DNA of 64,000 bases from Savitreella phatthalungensis (lineage: Eukaryota), in the NCBI GenBank assembly GCA_051599415.1, contig AP039689.1:372001-436000 (forward strand), given 5' to 3'. Of this stretch, positions 1 through 10,199 are shown piece after piece. The first letter of the stretch is position 1. Every line of letters begins with the position of its first letter. Position numbers and translations under genes: made by a program. A model generated the notes under the pieces. It was not told the DNA's origin. It searched no databases and saw only the letters and a program-made list of their open reading frames with translations.

Positions 1-689
1 GCCAGGTGTCTGCCGTCAGGCGACAAGATCGCACGCGTCAAATACTTGTTGTGCGCCCTGAAAGTGGTGACAGGAGTCAACGAGGTCACATCTCGATTTG
101 CCTGGACGCGCCATACATAGCAGTTGCCCTTGTTGTTGCCGGCGACAATCATCCCGCCATCGCTTGCCACAGTCACGCTCGACATTGGTGTGTCTTGTTC
201 CGGTACGAGTTCGTGAGTACACGTCGATTCTGATAGATCCCATATCCGAACTGAGCCTCCGTAGTCGACACTCAGCAGCTCACCCTGATTTGGGTGAATG
301 ACAACATCGCTCACAGGCGCTGCATGGGTGTAATTTCGTTGTACCACGGGGGACCGTGTATCCCAGACTTTCACTGTGCCGTCCTCGCTAGACGAGCACA
401 ACCATTTGCCGTCGCAGTGCCATTGTACCGCCGTGACGTTCCCCGTGTGTCCTTCAAATGTCATGATTGGACTGCCATCGTTCGAGTTGATATCGTAGAG
501 TCGGATGTGCTGATTGCCGGCAGCCGCGAGGAATCGTTTATCTGACGAGATGGCTAGTCTGTTGACCTGTGAATCTGCATGCTGGATCGTGCGCGAGCAT
601 ATACCGCTCAATGCCTCCCAGAACCGAATCGTATGATCATAGCCGCTTGTGACTAGCAGAACGCTGTGCTGTTGAGGATTCGGCCGCAT
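1..689 (-). CDS. LST8: TOR complex subunit LST8 (WD40), 3' end runs off the window
   Basis: Manual translation from ATG 689: MRPNPQQHSVLLVTSGYDHTIRFWEALSGICSRTIQHADSQVNRL...FEGHTGNVT...VIHPNQGELLS...THELVPE, the LST8/Wat1 signature. No stop inside the window, so absent from the ORF track. Confidence 0.95.
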   Translation of the reverse strand, partial: MRPNPQQHSVLLVTSGYDHTIRFWEALSGICSRTIQHADSQVNRLAISSDKRFLAAAGNQHIRLYDINSNDGSPIMTFEGHTGNVTAVQWHCDGKWLCSSSEDGTVKVWDTRSPVVQRNYTHAAPVSDVVIHPNQGELLSVDYGGSVRIWDLSESTCTHELVPEQDTPMSSVTVASDGGMIVAGNNKGNCYVWRVQANRDVTSLTPVTTFRAHNKYLTRAILSPDGRHL

Positions 690-1355
690 TGCCAGCTGAG
701 CTCAACAGCAAGTGACCCTTTTAGTCCGCTTGTTCGACAACTACTTTCACCGTGATTGGGTTCTGATGCAGGAAGAGGTCGCCGTCGGCAGTCAGCACAA
801 GCTGATCTCGAGCCTTATCTAGTAGATAGTCCAGTAGCGTGCAACACTATACGGGCAATGACTCTCGCTGTTTTCACCCCGGTCGCCGTAAGGCTGTATG
901 CACGGCAGGATACAAAGGCTACTCGCTGCCTTCCTGTACTGTACGTACTGCTCTGCCCTGATGCTTTCCCCCCTTACAAGGACCACTTGAACCTGCTTTT
1001 GTATTGATAGCGACACCCTGCTCAGGCTAGTCCACCTAGCTTCGGTAGCACTCATCAATATGTGCATACGATCACATACAATAGAATCTGAAGCTGCGGT
1101 TGGTTTAAGCGACTGCGTCATTCCTGTCAAAAACTGGAAAGCAATAAAACCACATATGCAATCCACCTTCAAGCGCTCCTTCACCTCCAAAGCCCCCCCT
1201 CTGCCAAGTTCAGAACCTCCCCACCCCACTACACGCACCATCCCTCCCCCAAACGACAGTCACCCACAAGCTCTTCAAGCTCTTCGACCTGATTCTCTCA
1301 AGATACTCTGGATCTAGCATCGACTAAAAGCTCTTGTCATTTCTCTCTTTCTTCG

Positions 1356-3041
1356 ATGCTCAGTCTCTTTGTTCTCGTCATCGTGTATGGCGCGCTGCTT
1401 GCAGTGTGTGCGCTAGGCGCCATCGGATGGGTTCGTCGAATGCGCGATGCACAAGAGAGCTCTGCACCAGCTTCCGTCACCACCTTCGTCCTCTTTGTCG
1501 CAACTGCAGGACTCGTCCTTCTGCCGGCACTCGACACTGCCCTCGTCGCATCCCTTAATGACCGATCCACAGGTGCGCTCAAGTCCTGGGCTTCATCCCG
1601 CGTCGTCAACGCTACCACAGGCGCTGTCGCCTGGACGTATGTCGGATTCGCAATCCTTTCGGCTGTCTTGATTCTCTTTGCTGTACCATTCAGCTATGCG
1701 TTCTTCGAAGACGGCGACTATGAGCTCATTGAGGACGGCCACCGCACAAGCCAGAAGACCGGTCGTGCACTCAAGTACGCGATCGGAATGACTGTAACCG
1801 CTGGCATTATATTCCTTCTCGGCCTCTTTTTGCCCAGCGCAAAGGAAGTACATGGTCCGGTCGACGGGGATTACCTTAAGGGTCTGCTAGAACACGCTCG
1901 CCCGATCAAGGCTCTTCTGTTCGTGCTCGGCATTGTCTTGATCGGCGGTGCTGCATCCTTTGCAGTCTACGGAGGCATTGGACTTGCTGCTCTGCCGATG
2001 GGACTCATCCGCGCGGCATCTCCTCAACGGCGCTTGGCACTGGCAAGTGCTAGCCGCGACCTCGAAGAACTCCGCATCGACCTCGATCTCAACCGCCGCC
2101 GTCAGAGACATCTCAACCTTCGTGCTAGCCGCACAGAGCGGGAGGACAACGATCTCGAGCGACTTCGCAACGAGGAGCGCGACATCGAGGGCGCCATCAG
2201 ACTTGCTTCTGAACCCGCTGAAGGCCAGGCTGGACCTGCCAAGGTCGTTGTCGGTCTAGCACACGGTCTTGTCGGTCTACTGAGCCTAATCTTTGCTGCA
2301 CTGCTCGTATGGTCTTTCCTCGCAACGTGGCTACGCACCCTGCTCGACTCGCGTGCTTGCGGTCCAGGCTGCGGCTTCCTCGACCGCGTCCCAGCTTCCT
2401 TCCTCGCAAACCCGCTTCCGACCTTCCTGAACGCGTTGCCCAAGCCTGTAGCCTTCGCCACCCACCTCGTCGTTGCACTGGTCGTCGTCGCTGCGCTTCT
2501 CTCGGGCCTTGCGACCTACGGCGTTCGCTTCCTGTTCTTCTCGTTGTTCCCAGTGTCAGCCAACGCCACACCGCCACAAGGTCTGCTTCTTGGCGGCACA
2601 CTCTTGCTCCTGGCTGCTTACGGCTATGTCTGGAGCGGACAGAACTTGATCTTCTCAGGCTACGCACGCTACGGCGGACAGATGTTCTGCTCAGGCATCT
2701 CCCTCGAAGCCTGCGCCAAGGACAGGTCACTCATCCGACCGTGCAGTGAGCTCATCACCGTCACAGCCCAGTCACTCCTGTTCAGCAAGCACGGAGGTAA
2801 CAAGCCAGACTTCTCAGCTCGTAACGTCTGCATCGAGTCTGTCACATCGCGCATTTCGACCACTCTCGCAGCCAACTATCCAATTCTTAACATTGCGGTC
2901 TACTGGGTCCAGCCTGCCGTCGTCGTCGTCTGGTTCCTCAGCCTGTTCTACACAACCTGCAGCCGATCTTTCGGCAGACCTGCGCCAACAGCACAACAGC
3001 AGCGTTCCGGAGCTCCCGACGAGCGCACTCGTCTCGTCTAA
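1356..3041 (+). CDS. LMBR1-family multi-pass membrane protein (LMBRD1-like, 'probable lysosomal cobalamin transporter')
   Basis: 561 aa with about nine hydrophobic segments, a central coiled region, and PFSYAFFE, GLAALP, TPPQGLL and YARYGGQMFC motifs typical of fungal LMBR1-like proteins. Confidence 0.75.
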   Translation: MLSLFVLVIVYGALLAVCALGAIGWVRRMRDAQESSAPASVTTFVLFVATAGLVLLPALDTALVASLNDRSTGALKSWASSRVVNATTGAVAWTYVGFAILSAVLILFAVPFSYAFFEDGDYELIEDGHRTSQKTGRALKYAIGMTVTAGIIFLLGLFLPSAKEVHGPVDGDYLKGLLEHARPIKALLFVLGIVLIGGAASFAVYGGIGLAALPMGLIRAASPQRRLALASASRDLEELRIDLDLNRRRQRHLNLRASRTEREDNDLERLRNEERDIEGAIRLASEPAEGQAGPAKVVVGLAHGLVGLLSLIFAALLVWSFLATWLRTLLDSRACGPGCGFLDRVPASFLANPLPTFLNALPKPVAFATHLVVALVVVAALLSGLATYGVRFLFFSLFPVSANATPPQGLLLGGTLLLLAAYGYVWSGQNLIFSGYARYGGQMFCSGISLEACAKDRSLIRPCSELITVTAQSLLFSKHGGNKPDFSARNVCIESVTSRISTTLAANYPILNIAVYWVQPAVVVVWFLSLFYTTCSRSFGRPAPTAQQQRSGAPDERTRLV

Positions 3042-3229
3042 TACTCTTCTATGTACCTGGACCGCAATATCCCTGTCTTTCTCCAAGGAAACCTTCGTAC
3101 TAGTGTCTTCAGGCACATCTCGTGGGAATGGATCACTTATTCCTTCCGATGTTTCTCTGCTCAGTCGTCATGAATCATGCGATATCGATGTCACCTGTCG
3201 TGCTCTCGTTTTGAGTTGTTCAGTTGTCC

Positions 3230-3591
3230 TCAACCAAGAGCAACTAGGTATATGATCACAATTGTGTTGACGATAATCAACGGTGCTCGCAGGACGATCC
3301 GAACCGAGTTGACAAAGCCAATCAACTTGGACTTGATGCTTTGATCTTGTGTGCCGAAGGATGGATCTGCGGTAGCATGCCAGCCGACTGATGAGGTCGT
3401 GTGAGTCAGTGTCCCTTATGTGAATGGTGATGGCAAACTTACTGGGCGCGAGGAACCTGTCTTCCGAGAGAATAGCTACTGCATTTACAAGTAGCAGAGC
3501 AACTGCACATGGACGTCAGTCATCGTTCGTCAACTTCATCAGACAAGCAGCTCAACATACCGTAGAAGAGCGAGCCAAGGCCGAAGAACAT
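3230..3591 (-). CDS. YOS1: Yos1 / IER3IP1 ER-Golgi transport protein (3 exons: 3591-3561, 3502-3443, 3387-3230)
   Basis: Spliced translation MFFGLGSLFYVALLLVNAVAILSEDRFLAPIGW...SIKSKLIGFVNSVRIVLRAPLIIVNTIVIIYLVALG*. Introns 3503-3560 (GTATGT..CTGAC..CAG) and 3388-3442 (GTAAGT..CTGAC..CAG). NAVAILSEDRFL is the Yos1 motif. Confidence 0.93.
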
Positions 3592-3926
3592 TGTTCGATG
3601 CAATAAATAAGAGGATCGATGACCCAGAGGCGACGAAGAGACTGACTCGCCAAGTCGACGAAACCTTAACACGCGTTTAGTCGAGTCTGTAGATTTGGCT
3701 TGGCTGATTTACGAGTCCTGGGTTTGGCTGCATCGGCTGAATTCAATCACGATGTCACAGGATACTGTACACAGACATACGTGTAGATGACCGTGGGGTT
3801 CAAACTATCCACTCATCACACTGCAAGGAAGAACTGAACAAGACTCCGTGAGGGCATCACAAAGCTGTCATAGTGCTGCAGTCGGCGCACGCTTCTATAT
3901 AAGACCATCGTTGAGCGCAAGGCGGC

Positions 3927-4269
3927 ATGTCCACGCAGCAGTCACAGAATGACGGTCGACTGGACGACCTGGCCAGCAAGATCTCTGCCCTCCGTGGCGT
4001 TACTAACGACATCTACGCGCAAGCATCGGACTACAGCTTGATCGATGCAAATGTGAGTGTTTTCATGATGCAGGATCTGATACCGAACGGACACTGACTA
4101 CGGGCTCCAGCGAGAACGATTCTCTAAATTCAGCGACGACATCAGGAAGACTGCAGGAAGACTCGGTCGCGTTGCTTCTTCCGGAGGTTTCAAGCAGCAG
4201 ATGAAGATGGCATTGGCAATTGTGGCCGTTGTCATCGGACTTTGGTTCCTCTACGGACTGTTTACTTGA
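3927..4269 (+). CDS. SFT1: Golgi Qc-SNARE Sft1/Bet1-like (2 exons: 3927-4052, 4111-4269)
   Basis: MSTQQSQNDGRLDDLASKISALRGVTNDIYAQASDYSLIDAN|RERFSKFSDDIRKTAGRL...MALAIVAVVIGLWFLYGLFT*. SNARE heptad plus C-terminal TM anchor; intron 4053-4110 GTGAGT..CTGAC..CAG. Confidence 0.85.
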
Positions 4270-4789
4270 GCAGAGGTCCAGACTAGGACGATGGCGCTCG
4301 CAGGCGGCACGTATGCACCGACTGCTCCCGCCTTGGGCGTCTACATGTGTATGAGAAGTTGTCCCGCTGCTATTTCCTTAACGGCTGCATACAAAAGCAC
4401 GTACACCTCAGACGGTAATGCTTGGTTGCAGACACGCACCTGGTGGATGAAAAGGCAGCGGCAAGCCTTGATGCGCTATTCGCTCGTCCTCCGTTTTTCG
4501 GAGCTCAGAACGTGTCGCATCGGAGCTCATAGCTCCCTGAACCTGTCGAACAGATTGTACAGTATTTATAATGACCTTCTCTTCACCTCCAGCGCACACT
4601 GACTTCATCGACATATGTGTGTACTGAAAAGCCAAACGGTCGTACTGTGCGAGACCACCCCACATGACGAATTTACTGCACCTTAATTGACGTACACGCA
4701 TATGTCAGATCAAATTCGATGCAGCGTGGATGAACGCGTACGTGGAAATGACGATCTGAGCTACCACTCTCATTCCGAGTGGCCAGAAG

Positions 4790-5563
4790 ATGGACTCCGA
4801 TGTGCCGGACTCTAGATACGACGATGAACGGGACAGAATCCTACTAACAGACTACAGCTGTCGAGGTATCGTTGGACGGAACGGCTTTGGCCAAAAGGGT
4901 AGATTGTTACCGCTTTTAGTCTCAGTGGCGGTTGAAGTACCATGGGTTCGATACGACGACGCAGCGGATGCGTTCTCCGTTTCTTATGGTGATCTTGCAC
5001 GAGCAGTCGAACGTGAACTCGATGGCCGGCAGTATGAAAGTATTGCAAAATTGGCGCAGCATCTGCAACAACACGTTTCCCCAAAACCCGACAGATTTCC
5101 TGTGACGTATGTCTGCGTCAAGTCACTGGAGGCTTCACTATGCGCAGACTACGTGTCTGTAGAGTATAAGAGCGGAAAATACTCGACAACCTTCAAGGGC
5201 ATTACAGTCCAATGCATCATTGGAATCTACGATCACGAACGAGAATACCAGCAGCCTGTTGTGATTGACCTCAATCTCGAAAGCGATGAGATCCTCAAAG
5301 ATACCGGCTCATACGGCCTACTCGAATGGTATCCGTCTCTACAGACACATTTGGTCCAGACAAAGTTTTTGACACTCGAAGCCTTGGCTGTAGAGGTGGC
5401 ACGGAAAGCGGCTCTTGAAGCACACGCTTCACACGGGTCGATCATTGTCAACGTCAGTAAGCCTCGAGCGGTCGCGTTTGCCGCTCACGCAGGCGTGCGC
5501 ATCAAGAGGAAACTAGATCACAGGCTCTGGACTCATGAAGCTGATAACGCACGCACTGCATGA
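4790..5563 (+). CDS. Stand-alone tandem dihydroneopterin aldolase (FolB x2) protein
   Basis: Two FolB-like repeats: DRILL..GIVG..SVSYG, and CIIGIYDHEREYQQPVVIDL..FLTLEALA..VSKPRA. No HPPK or DHPS domain follows. Confidence 0.8.
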   Translation: MDSDVPDSRYDDERDRILLTDYSCRGIVGRNGFGQKGRLLPLLVSVAVEVPWVRYDDAADAFSVSYGDLARAVERELDGRQYESIAKLAQHLQQHVSPKPDRFPVTYVCVKSLEASLCADYVSVEYKSGKYSTTFKGITVQCIIGIYDHEREYQQPVVIDLNLESDEILKDTGSYGLLEWYPSLQTHLVQTKFLTLEALAVEVARKAALEAHASHGSIIVNVSKPRAVAFAAHAGVRIKRKLDHRLWTHEADNARTA

Positions 5564-5921
5564 CAACCTTCGCGGACGCCTGACTTCGGGAAAGAGGCAA
5601 AGAATCACGACATTATTACACCGAAAACGAGACAAGATATATAGAGATGATGAGCTACTTTTGTGCATTTGTCAGTCACACCTTGAGTCGGTGGCGTTTT
5701 CCATGGAGATTGTCGAATCTGGACTCCATTGTCGATCCGTGACCGGATCATCAGGCGGTCGACTCGGATGCTTTCATGCTGTCAACCGGAGGTGAAGTCA
5801 ATTGCCGAAAACGCGGCTTCCATAAATGAAACCCAAAACAAATTAATTTCCATACCACAAAAGACCGAACGGGAATCGTGCCAGCCTGGCAGACGACATT
5901 GTCAAAGCAGACAAGCTAGCC

Positions 5922-7055
5922 ATGTCTGGAAGAATTGGAGCAGGAGCTAGATCGTTCTGGCGGGCTGCTCGGGCCAGAGGAGCCGTCGCAGGATGGTCAG
6001 CCATTGCTGTCGTCGGCACAGTGACGTTGCACTACCAGACCGGGCTACTTACCCCGCATCTGCTCCAGCAGGACGGCGGTCTCACGCCATCCAAGATCAC
6101 AGATCCTGGATCGCCGCAATCAGGTGTGCCTGTGCCGATGCGTGCGAGGATGGAGCAGTTCGTCAAGGAGAAGCAGTCAGAGATTGTGGCCGCACTTGAG
6201 AAGATTGATGGGCAGCACTTCCGCGTCGATCAGTGGCAGCGTAAAGAGGGCGGCGAGGGGATTTCGTGCGTGCTGCAGGATGGTAACGTGTTTGAGAAAG
6301 CCGGCGTCAACGTCTCTGTCGTATACGGGCAGCTGCCGCCGGCGGCAGTCAAGAAGATGCGTGCCGACCACAAATCACTCGACAATATCGATTCCGCCGT
6401 CCCATTCTTCGCAGCAGGTCTCTCACTAGTCGTTCACCCTCACAATCCTTTCGCGCCCACGGTTCACTTGAACTATCGCTACTTCGAGGTGATGAATGAG
6501 GACGGTACGCCAAGGGCTGCCTGGTTCGGAGGAGGTTCAGATTTGACTCCAACGTATCTTTTTGACGAAGATGCAATCGCATTCCACGCAGCACTCAAGC
6601 GTGCATGCGACAAGCATGACCGTGACTACTACGCTACTTTCAAGGCTTGGTGTGACCGCTATTTCTTCATCAAGCACAGAGGGGAGTCTCGAGGTATTGG
6701 TGGTATCTTCTTCGATGATCTTGAGGACAAAGATCCGGAAGAGACCTTCAGCTTTGTACGAGACTGTGCAGACGCCTTCCTTCCAGCCTACGTGCCAATC
6801 ATGCTCAAGCGCAAGGATTTGCCCTTCACAGAGCAAGAGAAGCAGTTCCAAGCGGTTCGACGTGGCAGGTATGTCGAATTCAATCTCGTCTACGATCGTG
6901 GCACCGCTTTCGGTCTAGCTACTCCAGGCGCCCGGATAGAGAGCATCTTGATGTCCCTTCCGCTACACGCAAGCTGGATCTATCAGCACGTGCCCAACGG
7001 ACCTCGTGAAGAGAAGATCATGAGCGTTCTGCGCGAACCGAAGGATTGGGTTTGA
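5922..7055 (+). CDS. HEM13: Oxygen-dependent coproporphyrinogen III oxidase
   Basis: FEKAGVNVSVVYG, HPHNPFAPTVHLNYRYFE, WFGGGSDLTP, RGIGGIFFDD, RRGRYVEFNLVYDRGT motifs. Confidence 0.97.
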   Translation: MSGRIGAGARSFWRAARARGAVAGWSAIAVVGTVTLHYQTGLLTPHLLQQDGGLTPSKITDPGSPQSGVPVPMRARMEQFVKEKQSEIVAALEKIDGQHFRVDQWQRKEGGEGISCVLQDGNVFEKAGVNVSVVYGQLPPAAVKKMRADHKSLDNIDSAVPFFAAGLSLVVHPHNPFAPTVHLNYRYFEVMNEDGTPRAAWFGGGSDLTPTYLFDEDAIAFHAALKRACDKHDRDYYATFKAWCDRYFFIKHRGESRGIGGIFFDDLEDKDPEETFSFVRDCADAFLPAYVPIMLKRKDLPFTEQEKQFQAVRRGRYVEFNLVYDRGTAFGLATPGARIESILMSLPLHASWIYQHVPNGPREEKIMSVLREPKDWV

Positions 7056-7098
7056 GAGCGCTAATTAAGACCGCGCTTGACAACTATCTGTTCGTCCT

Positions 7099-8214
7099 TT
7101 ACGCCAAATCGCCAGAGAGCAGCGGCTCGACCTTGTGTTCCTTAGTCGACAGACCGAGCTCTGTAAACACCTTGTCGAGATCGGCCCGGCGCGCATCCTG
7201 GTCGTGGATGTCCTGGACGACATGGTGGAGTTCCTCCTTGTCGAGTGTCTCTGCCTTCTCATCAGACTCGCCGATCAGCAGGAAGCTCGCGTCTGCGTAG
7301 TCCAGATGGACCGGTTTTGTAGGCAGCCAGCTTCGGCTTCCAAACTCCTCCTGCACATCAGCTGGGAAGTCTGCATTACCCGGCAGTTGATTTCCACCAG
7401 ACTTAGATTCCGGGTTCTTGGTCGAGAGGACGAATGCGCCTTTCTCCTGGATGCCAAATTTCTCCTGTGTTTCGCCAAGCTCCTCGGGCAACGTTAGCTG
7501 ATATACGAGATGCGATGTATTCTGAATGTGAGCAATTGCATACACGCCTTCACCCATAGGCCTTGCTGCAGGGAGGACGCGCTCGCCTTGAGTCTTTGTC
7601 GAGTACCTATCCTCCGCGAGACGCTTCCGGACTGCGTCAAGTGTATTGTCCCCAGTGACAAAGGCAGCAAATCTGTCGCCTGAACTGGGAAGCTCCTTCT
7701 TCGGCAGCTCGATGAATCGGATCGGCTGCTCTTCCGCGACCGATTTCGACTCAAGCTTTGCACCAACAGGCAGCGGTCTCAAGATCATGTATGTACGCTG
7801 CGCATCAACGACTGATTCGATCTTGTCAAGATCAACCTTTGGACGGTAGAAGAAGTAGATCAAGCCCTTTTCGAGGACGGGTGATTGTTCCTCTTCCTTC
7901 TTGGCCTCTTTGTCGACCGGGATGTCATTTGTTGTGGACTTCTGGGATGTGGTAGCCTTTGCAGTGCTATCACCATCATCTTCCTGCTTTGTATGCTGCT
8001 GCTTCTCGGCAGACTGCTGCTCGGAGCGCGTCTCCTGCTTATCGTCATCAGATGGTTCTTCGTGCTCGTGTTCTTGCTCGCCTTCATGATCAACCTTTTG
8101 CTTCTTTACATCGTGATTCGGCTGTTGATTGGATTCGACTGCATCGTCAAGTGTCGTCTGACGTTTTTGTCCTGCATGCTGGTGCTCCTGCTGTTGCTGT
8201 TGCTGATTGACCAT
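7099..8214 (-). CDS. Conserved fungal hypothetical protein (acidic low-complexity N-terminus; LEKGLIYFFYRPKV domain)
   Basis: Long ORF; first ATG at 8214 (MVNQQQ). The domain LEKGLIYFFYRP...Y.TKT.GER....ARP.GEG.Y...SHLVY.LTLP...STKNP resembles an uncharacterised family I recall from other fungi. Confidence 0.7.
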   Translation of the reverse strand: MVNQQQQQQEHQHAGQKRQTTLDDAVESNQQPNHDVKKQKVDHEGEQEHEHEEPSDDDKQETRSEQQSAEKQQHTKQEDDGDSTAKATTSQKSTTNDIPVDKEAKKEEEQSPVLEKGLIYFFYRPKVDLDKIESVVDAQRTYMILRPLPVGAKLESKSVAEEQPIRFIELPKKELPSSGDRFAAFVTGDNTLDAVRKRLAEDRYSTKTQGERVLPAARPMGEGVYAIAHIQNTSHLVYQLTLPEELGETQEKFGIQEKGAFVLSTKNPESKSGGNQLPGNADFPADVQEEFGSRSWLPTKPVHLDYADASFLLIGESDEKAETLDKEELHHVVQDIHDQDARRADLDKVFTELGLSTKEHKVEPLLSGDLA

Positions 8215-8817
8215 GATTGCTATTTCTCTCCCGAGGATCCGGTCTGCCAGATGAGATGAGGAATGTGTAGTATAAGTGCGTGGATGTAAGTGGTTGTATT
8301 GACCCTTCGAGGAGAGTGGCAAATGAAGGTGGGTGAATGTTTAGACGCGTCTCTTTTGCAATAATTGCTGCTTTGACGTCATGGAAGTCAATATTGACAT
8401 TTTGCTCGAGATTGTGCTATCGTATGCAGATTTATGTGTTTTAACATAGGCATATAAACTGTACACACGTAAGGGCTATATATGGCATTACTGATTTCAT
8501 TCGAAAAAGACGTGGAACTTTAATAAATGAGACGAAGATGGAATAAGAAATCGATCAGTATACTCACATTTGTCTGTAATATGTTCGGTTGAGCAATCGA
8601 TGATCAGGTGGAAAATCACGCACATCATATTGCTGGGCAACGATGCACGCACGTGTGATTCCATAGCCTAAGAACACAGATTACTGCAGCTGATATATAC
8701 ACGATGGTTTACACTGTACTGGCACAGCAGACTCCATTAACGTGCTCAAGGATCGTTTGAAGCTTAACATTTCGATGATGCTTTAGGTGAACTGTCTCAC
8801 GCTCTCGTCCTTGTCCA

Positions 8818-10110
8818 ATGGCGAAGCTATCGAGGGATGTCGTCGTTGTTGGCGGCGGCATTGCTGGCCTGTCCTTTGCTCAGGCAATTCTTAAAAGCCC
8901 CGTGAGTCGGCATCTCAGAGTCTCCGTTATCGAGGCCTATCCGCCAAAGCTGTTCAGCTCGAGTAGTCCTGTCAGCAATCGTACGGTCAGTCTGACGCCG
9001 TCGTCCTATGCCTTTCTGCAACGCATTGATGGCTTGAGTATGGCGTCCACGCAACGTCTGCAGACTTACACAGACATGCATGTCTACGACGGAGTCTCTG
9101 ATAAGGAGATCCAGTTCGACAGCGGTAGCGGCATTGCTACAATGGCGGAGAACAACAATGTACAATCCGCCCTCTGGGAAAGTCTCAGAGAGAAAACTAC
9201 AGCAGACATTCATACTGCGAAAGTGGCTACGATCGAGCGCACGGGTGACGTCGAGGCTGGTACAGCTCGACCGAAAATCACGCTCGATAATGGCAGTGTG
9301 CTCGAAACTGCTCTGCTTGTTGGCGCAGATGGCATCAACAGCCCTGTGAGGACATTCGCTGGCATCGACTCCCGCGGCTGGGACTATCCACACCACGGCG
9401 TGGTTGGTACCCTAACACATGCCGGTGATGTCGACTATCGGACTGCACATCAGCGCATGCTCCCGTCTGGACCGATTGCTTTCCTACCCTTGCCACAGGA
9501 ATACGCCAGCCTGGTCTGGTCTATTTCGCCCATCAAAGCAGCAAAGATCAAGTCGCTTTCGCTAGAGACGGTTACGAAGCTTGTGAACGCCGCGTTCAGA
9601 CTGAATCACGTTGATCTTGACTATGTCCTCTCGCTAGAGGGTGACGCCGTAATTGCAGACGAGCTAGCCTGGCGCCTTGCCCAACCATCTTATTCGTCGC
9701 ACGCACCGCCTCTCGTGACGAGCGTTACGGGTGTAGCGTCATTCCCACTGCGCTTTAGACACGCAAATACGTATCATTCGCTCGAGCACAGATGCTGCCT
9801 GATTGGCGACGCCGCGCACACCATCCATCCAATGGCTGGCCAAGGTTTGAATTGCGGTCTCGGTGACGCCGAGACACTTGCAACGCTGATCGAGGAGGCC
9901 TGCGTGCTGGGAAGTGATCTGGCCTCTGTCGGCCCACACCTGACGCGTGATCGATACTGGGCAAACGCTCGCGTCCATGGCGTCGTAGACAAGCTCCACA
10001 AGCTTTACGCGGTCGAGAGTGGCCCGCTTGTCGCCGCTCGATCCATCGGTACAGGTCTCTTGGACTCCTTGGGATTTGTGAAGCGCACGATGATGAATGC
10101 TGCTGGCTGA
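8818..10110 (+). CDS. COQ6: Ubiquinone biosynthesis FAD monooxygenase Coq6 (UbiH/COQ6 family)
   Basis: VVGGGIAG FAD motif, SNRTVSLTP, LLVGADGINSPVR, QRMLPSGPIAFLPL, LIGDAAHTIHPMAGQGLNCG, VDKLHKLY. Confidence 0.9.
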   Translation: MAKLSRDVVVVGGGIAGLSFAQAILKSPVSRHLRVSVIEAYPPKLFSSSSPVSNRTVSLTPSSYAFLQRIDGLSMASTQRLQTYTDMHVYDGVSDKEIQFDSGSGIATMAENNNVQSALWESLREKTTADIHTAKVATIERTGDVEAGTARPKITLDNGSVLETALLVGADGINSPVRTFAGIDSRGWDYPHHGVVGTLTHAGDVDYRTAHQRMLPSGPIAFLPLPQEYASLVWSISPIKAAKIKSLSLETVTKLVNAAFRLNHVDLDYVLSLEGDAVIADELAWRLAQPSYSSHAPPLVTSVTGVASFPLRFRHANTYHSLEHRCCLIGDAAHTIHPMAGQGLNCGLGDAETLATLIEEACVLGSDLASVGPHLTRDRYWANARVHGVVDKLHKLYAVESGPLVAARSIGTGLLDSLGFVKRTMMNAAG

Positions 10111-10199
10111 GGAGCGCCTTGATGTAAGAGCAAGAAACGAGGAATTGCCAACCATTATACTGTACATACATGAATTCTATTCTTTTGGAGGTGTCAGCA

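Noticed and set aside
756..1317. ORFs of 83-140 aa between LST8 and the LMBR1-like gene
   Set aside because: No recognisable motifs; most likely divergent promoter and UTR sequence.
3388..3400. CTGATGAG resembling a hammerhead ribozyme core
   Set aside because: No matching GAAA and stems nearby; it is the reverse complement of the YOS1 intron 2 acceptor.
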